Shown here in pieces: positions 60,720 to 64,000 of a DNA stretch of 64,000 nt. The notes beneath the pieces were generated by a model. The model was not told where the DNA came from and searched no databases. It worked only from the letters and a program-made list of their open reading frames with translations. The stretch is from Octopus sinensis (Eukaryota), in NCBI RefSeq assembly GCF_006345805.1, contig NC_042998.1:95294001-95358000 (forward strand), given 5' to 3'. The position numbers and the translations under genes are program-made. Every line of letters begins with the position of its first letter. Positions within the stretch are counted from its first letter, which is position 1.

Positions 60720-61415
60720 ATGGAATGTAGTCCTTTTTGTACGAGGGTGACTTTAATTTTGTTAAATATTCTCTTTCTTGTCGCTTCTCTTATTGTAATA
60801 GGACTCGGTGGATTCTATTACACCCAAACCTATCCTTGTTTGTTAGGAAACTATATGAAGTTGTGTACTATTTTGTTTATATCTTTAGGCTTTCTTCTGA
60901 TGCTTATGTCACTATTTGGTCTTGTTGGAGCCCTGAAGAAAAGCTATGAATACATCGCAACCTTCACTGTCTTTATCGTCCTTATAACAACTGTGGAAAT
61001 TGGCAGTTCCACTGCAACATTTTCGCTACGAAAAATAGCAAGTCATTCAGTGAGCGCGAGGATGGTTAAGACCGAACACCAATATCTCTTCAACGCAACA
61101 GTTGCAAACGAATGGGATAGTATTCAGAAAAGATTCGCTTGTTGTGGAGTTCACAAACCAAGTGAATGGTACAATGTCTTGGGTAATGGTACTGTTCCAG
61201 ATTCTTGCTGCATTCACCCAACGGAAGGCTGCGGAAATTACTCCAAAAATCAGAGCTCTATTTATGAACATGGTTGTTCGAAAAAGATACTTTCTTGGAT
61301 GCATAAACGTCAAATTTATTTTGGGACTACTTGTAATATATTTGGATTTTTACAGTTGGTTGGTGGTATATTCGCCTGTTCTCTCGCAAGCTATATTCGT
61401 GTTGGAGCTATATAA
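60720..61415 (+). CDS. Tetraspanin D, CD63-like, single coding exon (231 aa)
   Basis: TM1 LLNILF, TM2 FGLVGA, TM3 VEI, large loop with FACCG, VPDSCC, GCG and HGC, TM4 LQLVGGIFAC. The first ATG is at 60720; the track start at 60708 is a GTG. Confidence 0.94.
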   Translation: MECSPFCTRVTLILLNILFLVASLIVIGLGGFYYTQTYPCLLGNYMKLCTILFISLGFLLMLMSLFGLVGALKKSYEYIATFTVFIVLITTVEIGSSTATFSLRKIASHSVSARMVKTEHQYLFNATVANEWDSIQKRFACCGVHKPSEWYNVLGNGTVPDSCCIHPTEGCGNYSKNQSSIYEHGCSKKILSWMHKRQIYFGTTCNIFGFLQLVGGIFACSLASYIRVGAI

Positions 61416-63879
61416 AACCAATGACTATTTTAAATTCTAATTTACTAAAACAATTATTTTCAGAGTACAACATATTGTAATCCTAATCAAATTATCGAAT
61501 TCTTATAACCATACCATTGTTTATAAAGCCTCACTGATTTGGCTGTTCAGTTTTCGAAAATTATAACGATTGTTAACATATTGTTGAGCGGTTCTGTTAC
61601 ATATAAAGAGTTCTCCAAGCTAAATGAGTCTTTTGTTCTGCTTGTACCACGTTTATGATATGTTGCGAGTGAACTATGTGGTTTAAAGGAAAACACGAGA
61701 AACAAATAAATCCAATGGATCAACTGGAAATCAAAATTGCATCACAAACGTCGCTTTTCGGAAATATGCAACTATTCTACAGCAGTGTTTATACAAATCA
61801 AATTGTGTAATATATCTAGATGTACTCTCCTCCTGATTAAATATTTCTTTTAGAGGAAATGCTTTCTACTTAGTTCCAATAACGGGCAAGTTATAAAGTT
61901 TTTTTTTCTGAAAACTTTGAATTATTTGACTATCCTATTTTTAAGTTGTTGAAATATTTTCAATTAAATACGTTTATCATTAGTTTCATTATGGGGAGTG
62001 ATCGAGTATTTTATTTGGCGGTAAGATCTCGAATGATTTCACTGTGAGTTTAATGAATACAAATTTATAACATGTCTAAGTTTGACATGTTATACTAAAT
62101 TTGAAAAGTTTCATTTTTTCTAATAGAATACTCTTTTTTATAAAACTCCTCTTCCTGTTCTTAAACTTTCCAGAGAAAGTAATCTCAAGTAATATGATAG
62201 CTTTGGTCCCACTTCAGCATGCTTACCAATAGATATTCACTATTGTTAATATAAAATATATTCTAAGTTAACTAATCTCCAAGCGTTAAACTTACGCTCA
62301 AAAATTCAATCTAGCATAAAATTATACCAGATTATCTTTATTCAGGGTGGAATCTATATGAAAATGATGGGCGAGGTTTCAGTTGTGGAAATCGGAAAAA
62401 AGAATGCAAATATGAGTCGACCAGTTTTATTCTCTAAAATGCCCTAGCGATTTCTCCAATGTAGTTTATGGCGTGTCTTTTTACACAAAAATATCACCAA
62501 TCTGCGTGGAATACAGTTTACACGTGTCTTATCGTAGATTTGAAATGTTATTGCTATGCTACTGTACTTAGAAAGTTTTTTTTGTTTTTTTTTTTAATGT
62601 TAGTGAAATTAGCAAAATCGCCGTTAATTTAGAAGTATATGTATTTGATAAAAGTAATTTCCTTTAGTTTTGAAAACGAATTTTTAAGTGATTCAAAATT
62701 AAGCAGTTACAGTATCGTGAATATTGTGATAAAGAAGTTAAAGGTCTAAGTCTGAAGTTTCAACCGTTATCTATGGATCCCTTTGATTGCGACTTTATTC
62801 AGGTAGTACCCCATAGCCATTCGCTTTATAGCTTTAGAGAAATTTTCAAAATTGCTATTCACTTATTCGCTTTTATAGGTTGAATTATGTAAAATATTAG
62901 AAAGAAACCTAGCTGCTTCTGGCAATACATGCCGATGCATGTATCTAGAGCAATATTTTTTCATGGGCCCTTAAAATACTATTGTGGTTGCCCAGTTTAC
63001 TATTTTGTTGCGTGGACCCCCAAAAATCTTATATGGACTCTCAGACCATATGAACCCCAGTTGAGAACCACTGGTCTAAATTATCTCCTTGAATCTGATT
63101 CACACAAGGATTGTGGTGGGGGGGGGAGTAAACAGGCATCAACTTCGTTGTAAGCAACATCGCCCTTCAATGTCCCTGTATAAATTTCAGACTAAGTTTA
63201 GCAAATATTGATATTCTTTTTAATATATCCATCCATCCATCCAACTTCTCCGCCCACTATTCCTATAAGGGTAGTGGTGGCAGTCCTCATGCACCTCCTC
63301 TGTTATGTCCCATCAAAAGCAACTGTCATTTCACATTCTCGTATGATAAAATAAATCTTTGTCTTGGGAGAGTCTGGCGAAATGACCTTCCCAAGATATA
63401 ACAAAATCTTGTACGAATGTTCGTACTGAAATTATTCGTAATGTATTTCAATGAATCTTGTTTATTAGAAATTGAAACTAACTAGATTTACTCATCCCAG
63501 ATATCAAAGGAAATTACAGCAAAGTACTTTGTCAACTACTTCAGAACAGAAAGTCTATGAGATGGCGTATCAGATTGTAATACGCTCTAATTCTTAAAGT
63601 ACTGCGTCCCCTGCTAAATAATTCATTGTTAATGAGAAATGAAATAACTTTTTTTTTACTTGTTTCAGTCTACCGCTTGTTTCCTTCTACGAAATTCACT
63701 CTCAAGGCTATAGTAGGAGACACTTGCCCAAAATGTGCACAGATGGACTGAACTTGAAACCACGTGGTTGTCAAGTGAGCTTCTTAACTATGCAGCCATC
63801 CCTGTGTGTATATTGCACGAAAATATTTCACTATATCTACAAGTAGATAGATTCCACTCACTTGTGTGTATGTATAAAC

Positions 63880-63888
63880 ACACACACA

Positions 63889-63929
<41 letters not shown>

Positions 63930-63959
63930 CTCCCTCTCTCTCTCTCTCTCTGTCAGTGT

Positions 63960-64000
<41 letters not shown>
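63880..64000. repeat. Compound (CA)n/(CT)n/(TA)n microsatellite
   Basis: Read directly. Confidence 0.95.

Noticed and set aside
15374-61415. The four tetraspanin ORFs as variable exons of one protocadherin-style gene with a shared 3' constant region
   Set aside because: Each ORF has its own start, four TM segments and stop codon, and D is on the opposite strand. Only a shared 5' UTR exon remains possible.
15515-61440. ORFs antisense to the tetraspanins (15515-15799, 15843-16136, 27105-27434, 61047-61313) and the alternate-frame ORF 61102-61440
   Set aside because: Shadow frames of real coding sequence with no independent features.

Overview
This is eukaryotic genomic DNA: AT-rich, rich in microsatellites and transposons. 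The SINE repertoire looks like that of an Octopus-type cephalopod (inferred from sequence recognition, not checked by search). There are no prokaryotic features, no rRNA and no CRISPR. The only intact host genes are four tetraspanins, each with its whole coding sequence in one exon: 15374-16111 (-), 27000-27731 (-), 41688-42410 (-) and 60720-61415 (+). All four share a CD63-like large-loop cysteine spacing (CCG-x18/19-CC-x6-C-x14-C). They are otherwise very divergent and differ at polar transmembrane residues and C-terminal sorting motifs. This looks like a tandem array grown from a retrocopied CD63-like gene, and it is the most interesting element of the window. The rest is decayed or non-autonomous mobile DNA: tRNA-derived SINEs, CR1-like, RTE and R4/Dong LINE fragments, a possible ORF1-only (gag-like) retroposon, Helitrons, Tc2/pogo-like, hAT-like and Merlin-like MITEs, probable Penelope relics, several long inverted repeats, a 39-bp minisatellite and an interstitial (TTAGGG)n tract. 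Most ORFs in the supplied track are artefacts of repeats.
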